Shown piece by piece: positions 1 through 9,891 of a DNA stretch of 64,000 bases; position 1 is the first letter of the stretch, and each line of letters begins with the position of its first letter. This DNA comes from Dehalococcoidia bacterium. Its GTDB lineage: Bacteria > Chloroflexota > Dehalococcoidia > Plut-88900. The translations under genes and the position numbers were made by a program. The DNA is taken from positions 320,001 to 384,000 of the forward strand of contig OZ240219.1 of NCBI GenBank assembly GCA_965197645.1. Reading direction: 5' to 3'. Below the pieces are notes generated by a model. The model made no database searches and was not told the DNA's origin. It saw only the letters and a program-made list of their open reading frames with translations.

Positions 1-358
1 TCAGCAGCTCGGTGATGGCGAGGAGGGAGGTCAGATACTCCTCCTCCTCGGTCATAGCGGACTGGAGCTTGAAGACGTTGGCCAGGTAGTCCTGGGGGTG
101 CAGATTGTCGGGAAAGATGCCGCGGGTAGCGTGGGCGTAGCTGATGTGGATGTGCCCGTTGCAGAAGCCCGGGGTTACCACCATCTCCCGCCCATCGATG
201 ACCCGGTCCGCGGAGACGTCCTCCATCTCCTCGGCCTTGCCCACACGGCTGATCCTCTGCCCCTCCAGCAGGACCGATCCGTCCCGAATGATGCGGCGCT
301 GGGGGTCTAGCGTGAGAAGAAACCTGGCATTCTCTATCTTGATGGTCCGGTCTGCCAT
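1..358 (-). CDS. Metal-dependent amidohydrolase/deaminase (MTA/SAH or 8-oxoguanine deaminase-like), truncated by window edge
   Basis: Manual translation from ATG at 358: MADRTIKIENARFLLTLDPQRRIIRDGSVLLEG...VVTPGFCNGHIHISY, with the PG..NxHxH metal motif; not in the ORF track because it runs off the edge. Confidence 0.8.
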   Translation of the reverse strand, partial: MADRTIKIENARFLLTLDPQRRIIRDGSVLLEGQRISRVGKAEEMEDVSADRVIDGREMVVTPGFCNGHIHISYAHATRGIFPDNLHPQDYLANVFKLQSAMTEEEEYLTSLLAITELL

Positions 359-486
359 GGATGTGTCCCCCTTGTTACATATAGCCGAGATTGCCCGCTA
401 CGACCCGCTTTGTCATCGGCGCTTCGCCAGGCTGCCGCGGCCTCTCTCGCTTGGGAAAAGCAGTTGTGCTCGTTGTTACACCTTTA

Positions 487-1230
487 TCATGTGACCGAGG
501 GCTTTGAGGGTTGAGTTTGAGGTTTTAGTTTAACGTAAATGAGCGAGGGCCCGCCTTTGGTTTTCGATTGCCGCATTTCGAACAGTTTAGGTCGAGACTT
601 GATGAGCAGTGACAATTGCTTGTGTCCGTAGCTCCGGGAATCGAAGGCAGGATCCAACTGACGCAAGTAATCTCCGACTCGTCCAAGAAATGCCCAATCG
701 TCGTCCTGAGCGGCCATCTCAATAGCGCGCACAACCGTTTCGGTCCAGTCTGACGAGGCCAACTCAACTACCTTGGAATCACCGCCCTCGTCAGGCGATA
801 AATTCTCCGTGTAGACGAAAACCTCGCAAGCATTGACAAACGACTTGGGCGTATCCGATCGACCGATGCCCATCACGAACAACCCTTGCTCACGAATCCT
901 CGTGGCTAGCCTCGTGTAGTCGCTGTCACTGGACACGATGCAGAAACCGGAAACGGTTCCACCGTGCAACAGGTCCATGGCGTCGATTATCAGGGCACTG
1001 TCGGTTGAGTTTTTCCTGACGGTGTAGTGGAACTGCTGTGCAGGTTGGATCGCGTGAGAATGAAGAGAGTCCTTCCACCCTGACATCTCCGACTTCGTCC
1101 AGTCACCGTAGATGCGTCGGGTCGTCACGACACCATATTTTGCCGTTTCGGCTAAGATATGCTCAATCAACGATGGCTGAGCGTTATCACCGTCTATCAA
1201 AATGGCGATAGGCCGTGCGTCGGTACTCAT
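487..1230 (-). CDS. NYN (LabA/DUF88, PIN-like) domain protein with C-terminal OST-HTH/LOTUS domain
   Basis: IDGDN, RRIYGDW, KNSTDSALIIDAMD and VSSDSDY motifs; C-terminal DPAFDSRSYGHKQLS. Confidence 0.9.
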   Translation of the reverse strand: MSTDARPIAILIDGDNAQPSLIEHILAETAKYGVVTTRRIYGDWTKSEMSGWKDSLHSHAIQPAQQFHYTVRKNSTDSALIIDAMDLLHGGTVSGFCIVSSDSDYTRLATRIREQGLFVMGIGRSDTPKSFVNACEVFVYTENLSPDEGGDSKVVELASSDWTETVVRAIEMAAQDDDWAFLGRVGDYLRQLDPAFDSRSYGHKQLSLLIKSRPKLFEMRQSKTKGGPSLIYVKLKPQTQPSKPSVT

Positions 1231-1386
1231 GGCTCCCTGATTATACCGAATAGCTCATCGGTCGCTATTAGTCCAGCCCGTTCAACCCTTGTCCTATCTC
1301 TCGTGGAAAGGTCGTGGAATTGAGCGGTTTGGTCACAAGGGATACAATGACCCCATCTCGCTAACCGATCTCCCCGGAGGTGCAAG

Positions 1387-3120
1387 ATGTCCAGGATATT
1401 CGCTCCCAACAGGCCACCGATTCAAGGCGTGACCCACATGGTCTCGTCAGGGCACTATCTGGCTTCTGCGGCGGGCTATCGAGTCCTGGAGGAGGGAGGG
1501 AACGCGGTGGACGCGGGCGTAGCGACGGGCATAGTCCTAAATGTCACTCTCCCTCACTGGACCAGCTTCGGGGGTGTGGCTCCCATCATGATCTACTCCG
1601 CCGAGTCGCAAGAGGTGGTAACCATCAGCGGACTGGGCAGGTGGCCCAAGGCCGCAACCCTGGACTACCTGTTGGAGCTGGGCGGCGGAGATATGCCCGG
1701 GATGTTGAAAAACGTCATACCGGCTGCCTGCGACGCCTGGCTCACCGCCCTGGAGAAGTACGGCTCGATGACCTTCGAGCAGGTGGTGACTCCTGCCCTG
1801 GAGCTGTGCGAGCAGGGGTTCGTGGTGCAGGGCACGCTGGCGAGGCATCTACCTCTGTCGAGGGAGCTGTTCGAGGCCAACCCAACGCTTCGACAGGTGT
1901 TCATGTCCAACGGCCGGGTCATGGGCGAACGGGACGTGCTGGTGCAGAGAGACTTGGGCAAGACCTTCCGGCGGCTCATCGAGGTCGAGCGCTCCCAATC
2001 CCACCAGGGGCGGCAGGCGGCAATCCGGGCGGCCAGGGACTACTTCTACAAGGGCGACATAGCCCATGAAATGGCCGAGTTCTCCGAGTCCAACGGTGGG
2101 CTAATCACCTACGAGGATATCTCGGAGTTCAGGGTCAAGCTGGAGCAGCCGGAGACGGGAGAGTTCAAGGGCCTGACGGTGTTCACCTGCGGGCCGTGGT
2201 GCCAGGGCCCATCGCTGATAGAGGTGCTCAACATCCTGGAGGGGTTCGACCTGAAAGGGATGGGGCACAACAGCCCCGACTACGTTCACACCCTCGCCGA
2301 AACGATCAATCTGGCCTTCGCCGACCGGCACTACTACGTCGGCGACCCGGAGTTCGTTCCGGTGCCCACGGCCGGCCTGCTGTCCAAGGAGTACGCCAAC
2401 GATAGGCGAGGGGCGCTGGACATGGCGAGAGCGTGGCCCGAGATGCCCGAGCCGGGTGACCCGTTCCAGTATCAGCCGGGCCCCAGGCCCGAATTTCAGC
2501 TGGCGAGGAAACCGGTCGCCAAAGAGGGCGCAGAGCTGCGGGACACTAGCTACCTGTGTGTAGTGGACCGGTGGGGCAACGCGATATCCGCTACCCCCAG
2601 CGACGGATATGGAACGCCCTTCGTGCCGGGCCTCGGGTTCAGCATATCGGGCAGGGGGACTCAATCGTGGCTGGAGGAGGACCACCCATCGTGCGTGGCG
2701 CCGGGGAAGAGACCTCGGTTGACGCCCAATCCGGCCATGGCTCTCAAGGACGGCAAACCCTACATGGTGTTCGGGACGCCGGGCGCCGACGTGCAGGTCC
2801 AGGCGATGACCCAGCTCCTGCTGAACGTGGTGGAGTTCGGGATGGACCCCCAGCAGGCCATCGAGGCCCCGAGATTCTCCAGCTACAACTATCCCCAGTC
2901 CTTCTGGCCCCACAGCTACCTGCCGGGGCTGCTCTGCGTTGAGCCGAGTTTGGGGCGGCAGGTGTCGGAGGACCTGAGCGCGCGGGGACACCGGATGCGA
3001 GACTGGGAGGAGAGGGACTTCCTCGCCGGTGGGCTGTGCGCCATCAAGGTGGACCAGGACCGGGGAACGCTGTCCGGAGGGGCGGACTTCCGCCGAGAGT
3101 GCTACGCCATGGGGAGATAG
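1387..3120 (+). CDS. ggt: Gamma-glutamyltransferase (Ntn-hydrolase) family protein
   Basis: GGNAVDA, nucleophile Thr in DTSYLCVVD, PGKRPRLTPNP, GTPGAD, GGADFRR. Confidence 0.9.
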   Translation: MSRIFAPNRPPIQGVTHMVSSGHYLASAAGYRVLEEGGNAVDAGVATGIVLNVTLPHWTSFGGVAPIMIYSAESQEVVTISGLGRWPKAATLDYLLELGGGDMPGMLKNVIPAACDAWLTALEKYGSMTFEQVVTPALELCEQGFVVQGTLARHLPLSRELFEANPTLRQVFMSNGRVMGERDVLVQRDLGKTFRRLIEVERSQSHQGRQAAIRAARDYFYKGDIAHEMAEFSESNGGLITYEDISEFRVKLEQPETGEFKGLTVFTCGPWCQGPSLIEVLNILEGFDLKGMGHNSPDYVHTLAETINLAFADRHYYVGDPEFVPVPTAGLLSKEYANDRRGALDMARAWPEMPEPGDPFQYQPGPRPEFQLARKPVAKEGAELRDTSYLCVVDRWGNAISATPSDGYGTPFVPGLGFSISGRGTQSWLEEDHPSCVAPGKRPRLTPNPAMALKDGKPYMVFGTPGADVQVQAMTQLLLNVVEFGMDPQQAIEAPRFSSYNYPQSFWPHSYLPGLLCVEPSLGRQVSEDLSARGHRMRDWEERDFLAGGLCAIKVDQDRGTLSGGADFRRECYAMGR

Positions 3121-3190
3121 GGCGCTCCAGCTTGTATCAGTACAGCTGACCTCTCGGTACGAACTACCGCCGCTCACAACGACGACCTCT

Positions 3191-3390
3191 GTCATTCCGA
3201 GTCCATCGAGGAATCCTCTTCGTCGGGGCGTCGCAATCTGGCAAGTCGGGACGGTCGAACCAGACCAGATTGCTTCGCTCCCATCAGCCCTCCAGGACGA
3301 ACTTCCCCTCGCTCGCAATGACCACGACCGTTCGACCGAATACGCACCCTCGTCATTGCGAGGTCCGACAAAGTCGGGGCGTGGCAATCT
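3191..3390. repeat. Cluster of REP-like palindromic units (GTCATTGCGAG / GCAATC / GATTGCTTCG / CTCGCAATGAC type)
   Basis: gtcattccgag ~3191, gtcggggcgtcgcaatct ~3222, gattgcttcgct ~3268, ctcgcaatgac ~3312, cgtcattgcgagg ~3352, gtcggggcgtggcaatct ~3373; units are direct and inverted copies of each other. Confidence 0.7.
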
Positions 3391-3568
3391 AGCGAGCGCG
3401 GTTAGGGCCGCCTTTCAAGAGGGTTAGGCTTTGTTCCTTGGGACTACGCCGTAGGCCTCCTTAGATAGCACAGCGTACGAGGCCAAAGGCGACGGAGAGG
3501 CCGCCCGGTGGGAGCATCGGCCCAGATACTCATGTATACTCGGCATCGACCTGAGTGGGACCCCAACG

Positions 3569-4828
3569 TTGACTGAAACCCTTCCGCTACGAACCGTTGC
3601 TCCTGCGGAAAGCTCCGCCCGCTGGCTTATGCTGGCCCTCCTCTGGCTGCTCTACTTCTCCTTCGGCCTGACGATGGGCTCCGTTGCGCCGTTGGTCACG
3701 CCCATCCTCGATGATCTCAAAATGAGCTCCAGCCAGATGGGCCTGGTGCATGGCAGCTGGCAGCTGATCTACGTGTTTCTCTCGCCGCCGGCGGGCGCCA
3801 TCGTCGATAAACTGGGGATCCGCCGGTCCATGGGGATCGGCATCTCAATCGTATGGATTTCGATGGTGGTCAGGGGCCTGTCCATCGACTTTACAACGCT
3901 CATCCTGGCCGTATCTGTCTTTGGTATCGGCGGCCCGTTTTTATCGGTAGGAGCACCCAAGCTGGTGTCGGTCTGGTTCGCCGGCCGGGAGCGCGGCCTG
4001 GCCGCCGGGGTCTATGCCACTGCCCCGCCTGTCGGACTCGCCTTAGCATTCGCCACCGCGAGCAGCGTGGTGCTTCCCGTCACCGATACCTGGCGAGGAG
4101 TCTCCGTGGTCTACGGCGTGATCATCCTGCTAGTGGTCAGCGCCTGGTGGCTGCTAGCCAGAGACCCGGGGCCGTCTTCAGCTCCCGACGCTGCACAGTC
4201 GACCATAGAAACTCAGTCCACCCGCTCCGCCTTCGCGTCGTTGATCCGGCTCAGGAACGTCCAAGTGCTGCTGTTCATATCGTTGGGACAGTTCGTGCTG
4301 ATGTCGGGCCTGAGCGCCTGGGCTCCCGCCATCCTGGAGGAGAAGGGGATGACCCTCTCGCAAGCGGGACTGTGGACCGCGGTGGCAACAATCGTCAGCA
4401 TTGTCAGCGTCGTATTCGTTCCCGGCCTTGTCAAACACGGGTTCAGGACCAAGGCCGTCGCCGTCCTCCTCCTGGTCTCGGGACTGGGCGCATTCGGCAT
4501 GGGCTTCTTCGATGGCCCGCTCCTTCTCACTGGCCTGATGGTCTTCAGTCTCAGCAGTCAGCCCCTGCTTCCCCTGACCACGTTGGTGTTGATGGAGACG
4601 CCAGGTGTTGGAGCGGCGCGCATGGGGGCGGCTGCGGGCCTCTTCTTCTCCACCGGAGAGCTTGGTGGGTTTCTGGGGCCCCTTTGCATGGGACTGCTGA
4701 GGGATGCGACAGGCCTGTTGAACCCGGGGTTCATGATGCTCGGGGCCGTATCCGTCTTTCTGGTCTCCCTCCTGCCCATCGTGAGAGAGAGCCCATTGGT
4801 GGAGTCCCGGTCCGCGGCTACTGCATAA
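3569..4828 (+). CDS. MFS transporter (CynX/NimT-like)
   Basis: About 12 hydrophobic segments; motif A-like GAIVDKLGIRR; WFAGRERGLA. Confidence 0.85.
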   Translation: MTETLPLRTVAPAESSARWLMLALLWLLYFSFGLTMGSVAPLVTPILDDLKMSSSQMGLVHGSWQLIYVFLSPPAGAIVDKLGIRRSMGIGISIVWISMVVRGLSIDFTTLILAVSVFGIGGPFLSVGAPKLVSVWFAGRERGLAAGVYATAPPVGLALAFATASSVVLPVTDTWRGVSVVYGVIILLVVSAWWLLARDPGPSSAPDAAQSTIETQSTRSAFASLIRLRNVQVLLFISLGQFVLMSGLSAWAPAILEEKGMTLSQAGLWTAVATIVSIVSVVFVPGLVKHGFRTKAVAVLLLVSGLGAFGMGFFDGPLLLTGLMVFSLSSQPLLPLTTLVLMETPGVGAARMGAAAGLFFSTGELGGFLGPLCMGLLRDATGLLNPGFMMLGAVSVFLVSLLPIVRESPLVESRSAATA

Positions 4829-5017
4829 ACCTATGTCATCTACGGACTCGGCGCATGCACCCGGTGATGCCTACCCTCGAGTGACGGTTACTGACAACGT
4901 GGGTGAGGCGCTTGTCGAGCTAGGCCAGGTCAGCCGGGCCAACGAGTACGCCGTGCGTCACCACCTGCCCTCCGGCAAGCCGGGGAGACTGCACAGTCTG
5001 AGTCTCGAGACCGCAAA

Positions 5018-5187
5018 CAGGCTGTTGAAAAATGGGCTATGCAGACGGGCGAAGCAAATTCTTCTGAGACTGTCTGCTGAGGGCCGGGAGTCTGAGGGTG
5101 TCCCTCAGAGACAATCTCTATTTCTGCCCCATTCCTGGCCAAAAATGGGGCAAGGGGGATGGTCGAAAGGGTTTTTTCAACACCCTG
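5018..5187. mobile_element. MITE-like non-autonomous element, copy 1 (170 bp)
   Basis: Terminal inverted repeats CAGGCTGTTGAAAAA / TTTTTCAACACCCTG (14/15 match); interior similar to 16526-16718. Confidence 0.75.
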
Positions 5188-5260
5188 CTAACGGGGTGAA
5201 CAAGGATAGGGCGTCGCCGGATCGTCCAAACCGCTGCCGGACAAAAGACGGGAGGAGACT

Positions 5261-6661
5261 ATGGACCTGGTAATCAGAGGCGGGACCGTGGTTACCGCAG
5301 AGAGCAAGTACGCGGCCGATGTAGGAGTCCGGCATGGGAAGATCGCTCAAATCGGGGGTGATGTTTCCGCCGCCAGGGAGATCGATGCCAGCGGCAAGCT
5401 GGTGATACCCGGCGGTGTCGATGTTCATACGCACCTGGAGCGCTCCGACCTACTGCATGCCGGTGGGGAGCTCCGGGAGGACGGCCTTCCTCGCATGGTG
5501 GACGATTACTACGCCGGTACCGCCGGTGCGGCCATAGGGGGCGTGACCACCATCGGCAACATGGTGGCCCCCGAACCCACCGAACCCATTGGTCTCAGTG
5601 AGATGCTGGAGCGCTCAGAGGCCGACGCCCTCGCCAGCTCCATGATCGATTTCACCTTTCACCCCACCATATACGACCCCTCTCCGAAGGCCATAGCCGA
5701 GCTCCCTCGCCTGGTTGAGGAGGGTTACACCAGCATCAAGATCTTCACGCTCTACAACTTCGATAACCGGGTCGACGACTTCATCAACGTCATCGACGCC
5801 GCCGGTCGCAACGGCATTCTCACGATGGTCCACTGCGAGGACCGGCCGATCAATCAGTTCCTGGAACGGCGCCAGATCGATCAGGGGAAGTCCGACATAC
5901 GCTACTGGGCTCAAACCCGCCCCGACTACGCAGAAGCGATCGCGACGGCGCGCGCCGTCGCCATCTCCAAGGCCGTCGACGCCGCCGTCTACATCGTCCA
6001 TCTTTCCTCGAAGGCGGCCCTGGACGTCACCCGGCGCGCCAATGCGGCAGGTCAACAGGTCTACGTGGAGACCCGACCGATCTACCTGCACTTGACCAAC
6101 GAACGCTACCAGCTGCCCGATGGCGCCAAGGACGTGGGCTGGCCCCCGCTCCGCGACCAGTCCAACGTGGACGCACTTTGGCATGGACTTACCACTGGGG
6201 CCATACACACCGTCTGCACCGACCACGCTCCCTGGACGCTGGACCAAAAGCTGGACCCCACCCTCAACGTGAGCAGCTTCCTGCCGGGCATGGCCAATCT
6301 GGAGACGGTGATGCCCATGCTCTACTCCGAGGGTGTTCGGACCGGCAGGATATCGGCGAACAGGTGGGTGCAGCTGGTCTCTACCAACGCCGCCAAGCTG
6401 TTCGGCATGTTCCCTCAGAAGGGCTCGATAGCCGTGGGTTCGGACGCCGACCTGGTGGTTTGGGACCCGGACCGGAAGCGTACCATCCGGGGTGAGGAGA
6501 TGGCCTCCAACGCCGGATACGACATATACGAAGGGTGGGAGGTCCACGGCTGGCCCGAATACACCATCTTGAGGGGGCAAGTGATCGTCAAAGACGGTGA
6601 GCTAAGGGCATCAAGAGGCCAGGGCCGCAGGGTCATTCGCGGGCCCCACAGCCCTTTGTGA
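5261..6661 (+). CDS. hydA: Dihydropyrimidinase / D-hydantoinase family cyclic amidohydrolase
   Basis: PGGVDVHTH, GGVTT, carbamylated Lys in SIKIF, HCED, YIVHLS, TDHAP, GSDADLVVWDP. Confidence 0.85.
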   Translation: MDLVIRGGTVVTAESKYAADVGVRHGKIAQIGGDVSAAREIDASGKLVIPGGVDVHTHLERSDLLHAGGELREDGLPRMVDDYYAGTAGAAIGGVTTIGNMVAPEPTEPIGLSEMLERSEADALASSMIDFTFHPTIYDPSPKAIAELPRLVEEGYTSIKIFTLYNFDNRVDDFINVIDAAGRNGILTMVHCEDRPINQFLERRQIDQGKSDIRYWAQTRPDYAEAIATARAVAISKAVDAAVYIVHLSSKAALDVTRRANAAGQQVYVETRPIYLHLTNERYQLPDGAKDVGWPPLRDQSNVDALWHGLTTGAIHTVCTDHAPWTLDQKLDPTLNVSSFLPGMANLETVMPMLYSEGVRTGRISANRWVQLVSTNAAKLFGMFPQKGSIAVGSDADLVVWDPDRKRTIRGEEMASNAGYDIYEGWEVHGWPEYTILRGQVIVKDGELRASRGQGRRVIRGPHSPL

Positions 6662-6764
6662 TCCGGGTTTGGCAGGGTGGTTGTCCAGGCGACGAGGGCC
6701 GGATAACCGTATGCTAAGATGAGCGGTGGCAGGACCGGATGTGAGAAGGTGAGGTGGCCCGAGC

Positions 6765-7877
6765 ATGGCTACGTACAGGTTGATATCGTCTGATTCCCAC
6801 ATCATCGAACCGGCCGACCTCTGGGAAAAGAGGATCGACGCCAGGTTCAGAGACCGTGCGCCAAGCCTTGTCCGAGAGGGTGACAAGGACCAGTGGTACT
6901 GCGATGGCGTGGCATTCGGGCTCATCGGCACCAACCAACAGGCGGGGCTACGGTTCGAGGAGCCGGAAAAGCTTTCCGAAGAGGGAAGCATGGAGACCAT
7001 ACCGTTGGGCGGGTTGGACCCTCACGAGCACGTCAGGGACATGCAGAAAGACAGCGTATCCGGCGGGGTCCTCTATCCCTCCCAGGGACTGACCTTGTGG
7101 ACCGTTCCGGCGAGCGACCTGCTGGCCGCTGCCTTCCGTGCCTACAACGACTACCTGGCGGAGTTTTGCGGCGCACAACCAGACTGGCTCAAGGGCATCG
7201 CCATGATCACCGTGGACGACGCCGAGGATGCCGTCGAGGAGTTGAAGCGCGTGGCAGACCTGGGACTGGCCGGGGCCATGATCACGGTGCGTCCCATGCT
7301 TCGCTATGACCATCCCGCCTACGAGCACTTTTGGGCCGCCTGCCAGGACCTGGACATGCCTCTCAGCCTACATACGGGAACACGTCGCTGGATACCGGGA
7401 TTGGACCCGGCCAACCTGATGGCCGGAGACGCCCTGGACTTCCCCAACCGGGAGTACGATGCCCGGCAGTGCATCAGCGATATGATGTTCTCAGGGGTGT
7501 TCGAGCGTTATCCCAAGCTGAAGGTCGGCGTCATAGAGTTCGAAATCGCCTGGGCGCCCTACTTCATACGGAGGATGGACGAGTTCTACATGCAGCGGGC
7601 CCAGGGAGTCCACGGCAACCGGTTCGAAGGGGACGCCACGCCCAGCGATTTCTTTCGTAACCAGGTGTTCATCGGCTTCCAGGAGGATGACCTGGGGATT
7701 GAACTGCGCCATCACGTCGGCGTCGACAACCTGTTGTGGGGGTCCGACTATCCGCATGCCGAGTCCACCTTCCCCCGGTCCAGGGAGATCGTGGAGCGCA
7801 TACTGCAGGGCGTCCCCGAAGACGAGAAGGCCAAGATCGCCGGGGAGAACACGGCGAGGCTGTATCACTTCAACTAG
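6765..7877 (+). CDS. Amidohydrolase_2 family protein (LigI/ACMSD-like TIM barrel)
   Basis: ISSDSHIIEP, PLSLH, GVFERYPKLK, LWGSDYPH. Confidence 0.85.
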   Translation: MATYRLISSDSHIIEPADLWEKRIDARFRDRAPSLVREGDKDQWYCDGVAFGLIGTNQQAGLRFEEPEKLSEEGSMETIPLGGLDPHEHVRDMQKDSVSGGVLYPSQGLTLWTVPASDLLAAAFRAYNDYLAEFCGAQPDWLKGIAMITVDDAEDAVEELKRVADLGLAGAMITVRPMLRYDHPAYEHFWAACQDLDMPLSLHTGTRRWIPGLDPANLMAGDALDFPNREYDARQCISDMMFSGVFERYPKLKVGVIEFEIAWAPYFIRRMDEFYMQRAQGVHGNRFEGDATPSDFFRNQVFIGFQEDDLGIELRHHVGVDNLLWGSDYPHAESTFPRSREIVERILQGVPEDEKAKIAGENTARLYHFN

Positions 7878-8674
7878 GGCGTCCACTTACCCTTCCAGTT
7901 GGGCCGCCAATCGGTCCATGTAGGGGTGGGTTTGGGCTCGATGCCGGTCTCGTACACTTCCACGCCCAGTGAGTGGACCATATTGTCCTCGGGAACGCTG
8001 AAAGCCCGGGTATTATCGGCGTTGGGGCAAACGGACAACGATATCACCAGGTCCATTTCGGCGTAGAACTCGATATAGTCCCCCGGCTTCGAGTCGCTAC
8101 GTGCGGTGTACTTCTTTCCGTCCTCGGGGCTGATGCGCATCTTCTGGAAGACGTCGACGTTGTCGTGAATGTCCTCCTCCGTCAACCCGAAGGGCTCGAT
8201 TCCCTGCAGGAGATTGACGAAGCACCCGTTCAGTCCCGTAAGGCCGTACTTCAGTTCGTACACCTCCGGAGCACAGTGGGTACCCACGAGATGGTGATGG
8301 TAATCGCCGTTGGGCGGCTGGGTAATCACCGTATCTTCGATGCAGGTGGCCATGGGATGCAGCCACGGCACATCGGACCATAGGCGGGAATACGGCCTGA
8401 CGAACCATCCCTCCAACATCCAGGTGCGCATGCCGCCGAAAAACTCCCCGGTGTTGTGGGCGTTCCATAAGCACACGTCGCCGACCTGGGGGCCCTCCGG
8501 CTGGGTGACTCGGAATGTTTGGCCCCTGTCGACTTTGAATCCGCGTCCGTTGAAGGGCGGAATGACAAACTTGTCCAGGAGCTTATGCCCGCTGGCGGCC
8601 CGTACCCTGTCGCAGAACGCCTGGTCCACCTGGTAGCGAGGCTGCATCTCTGATAGGTCTTTGAGCTCCGGCAT
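7874..8674 (-). CDS. DUF1989 / urea carboxylase-associated family protein
   Basis: EGPQVGD, GTHC, GCFVNL, DIHDNVDVFQ, PGDYIEFYAEMDL..SVCP; start set at ATG 8674 behind a GGAG RBS. Confidence 0.8.
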   Translation of the reverse strand: MPELKDLSEMQPRYQVDQAFCDRVRAASGHKLLDKFVIPPFNGRGFKVDRGQTFRVTQPEGPQVGDVCLWNAHNTGEFFGGMRTWMLEGWFVRPYSRLWSDVPWLHPMATCIEDTVITQPPNGDYHHHLVGTHCAPEVYELKYGLTGLNGCFVNLLQGIEPFGLTEEDIHDNVDVFQKMRISPEDGKKYTARSDSKPGDYIEFYAEMDLVISLSVCPNADNTRAFSVPEDNMVHSLGVEVYETGIEPKPTPTWTDWRPNWKGKWTP

Positions 8675-8822
8675 GTCTCCCCCAATAACACCGATTGTTG
8701 AGCCGATCTGATGCAATGATGAATGTTACCATTTCTTGTTGCCCATACCCTTTGTTGATACAATCGAAGCAAGCTTTCTCGATAGCCCCACCTTTCCAGC
8801 AGACCCCGGAAGGAGACGCGAC

Positions 8823-9863
8823 ATGGACGTGGGAAGCATTTTGACCGGATTGGCCCGCGATGGTGAACCACCCCTGATCGCCCAGCTGTCCCGGGCGGCA
8901 TGGCTTGCGGGTGTAGCACAGACGGCCGTCAGGGTGGACCTGTTTACCAAGTTGAAGGGCAAGAAGCTAAACGCCGCGGGGATAGCTGATCTCATGGGAT
9001 CAGATCCTCGATACACTGGGGGTCTGCTGAACTCCTGCGTATCTATCGGCTTGCTGGAGAAGACCGGCGACCAGTACCAGAATACCCATGAGAGCGACAC
9101 GTACCTGGTCAAAGGGGAGCCACTGTACTACGGTGATAGCCTTACCTACCAGACGGGGTTGTGGCCTCTGCTGGACTCGCTGGACACCGCGGTGCTCACA
9201 GGGGAAGCGATCTCCCACGAGCACGAGTCTGAATCGGAGGAAGAGAAGGCAGCCTACTGGCGTCATTACATGATGGCGATGCATCAGTGGGGCCTTACGG
9301 GACACCAGCAGATGCTGGTCAAGAACACTGACCTGACGGGCAGAAGGCGTATGCTGGACGTGGCCGCTGGATCGGGAGTGTACTCCATGGCCTTCTGCAG
9401 GGAGTACCCGGAGCTTACCTCCGTCATGTTCGATCAGGAAAAGGCGCTGCCCCTTGCGAAATCGCTGATAGAAGCCGAGGGCCTGTCATCGCGTATCTCG
9501 ACGTTAGCCGGCGATTACTATACGGATTCCCTCGGCTCGGGCTACGACGTGGTCCTGTTTTCGGGAGTACTGTGCCAGGAGTCTATCGAGTGGCAGCGCA
9601 AGCTGATGAGACAGGCGTACGAGGGCATGGATTCCGGCGGTCTGGTCATAGTGCACGACGTCATGAAGATGGCCCCCTACAACACCGAGACTTCGCCCCT
9701 AACGGCCATAATGAGCTTCATAATCTCCATAGCCTATGGACGCTCGGCGGGAGTAGGTACCGGGGATGATACCGTGGAGTCCCTCACGTCGGTAGGCTTC
9801 ATCACTCCCGTGCAGACTCCCCTTCCCGGGGTTTTCTCTCTGATCACCGCCCTGAAGCCGTAG
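8823..9863 (+). CDS. SAM-dependent O-methyltransferase (Methyltransf_2 with dimerisation domain, ASMT-like)
   Basis: N-terminal winged-helix dimerisation region; LDVAAGSG motif I; GDYY; start ATG 8823 after GGAG. Confidence 0.85.
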   Translation: MDVGSILTGLARDGEPPLIAQLSRAAWLAGVAQTAVRVDLFTKLKGKKLNAAGIADLMGSDPRYTGGLLNSCVSIGLLEKTGDQYQNTHESDTYLVKGEPLYYGDSLTYQTGLWPLLDSLDTAVLTGEAISHEHESESEEEKAAYWRHYMMAMHQWGLTGHQQMLVKNTDLTGRRRMLDVAAGSGVYSMAFCREYPELTSVMFDQEKALPLAKSLIEAEGLSSRISTLAGDYYTDSLGSGYDVVLFSGVLCQESIEWQRKLMRQAYEGMDSGGLVIVHDVMKMAPYNTETSPLTAIMSFIISIAYGRSAGVGTGDDTVESLTSVGFITPVQTPLPGVFSLITALKP

Positions 9864-9891
9864 GGGTTCGAACCGAGAGAAGGGAACCGCT

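Noticed and set aside
2101-3387. 428-aa minus-strand ORF
   Set aside because: Antisense shadow of ggt plus repeat DNA; no motifs; expected in high-GC sequence
3191-3390. Possible CRISPR array
   Set aside because: Units are palindromic, in mixed orientation and irregularly spaced, with no unique spacers and no cas genes
4833-5273. 146-aa ORF between the MFS gene and hydA
   Set aside because: Its 3' half is MITE sequence and it has no recognisable motifs; the 5' part may be a gene remnant but I cannot support a call
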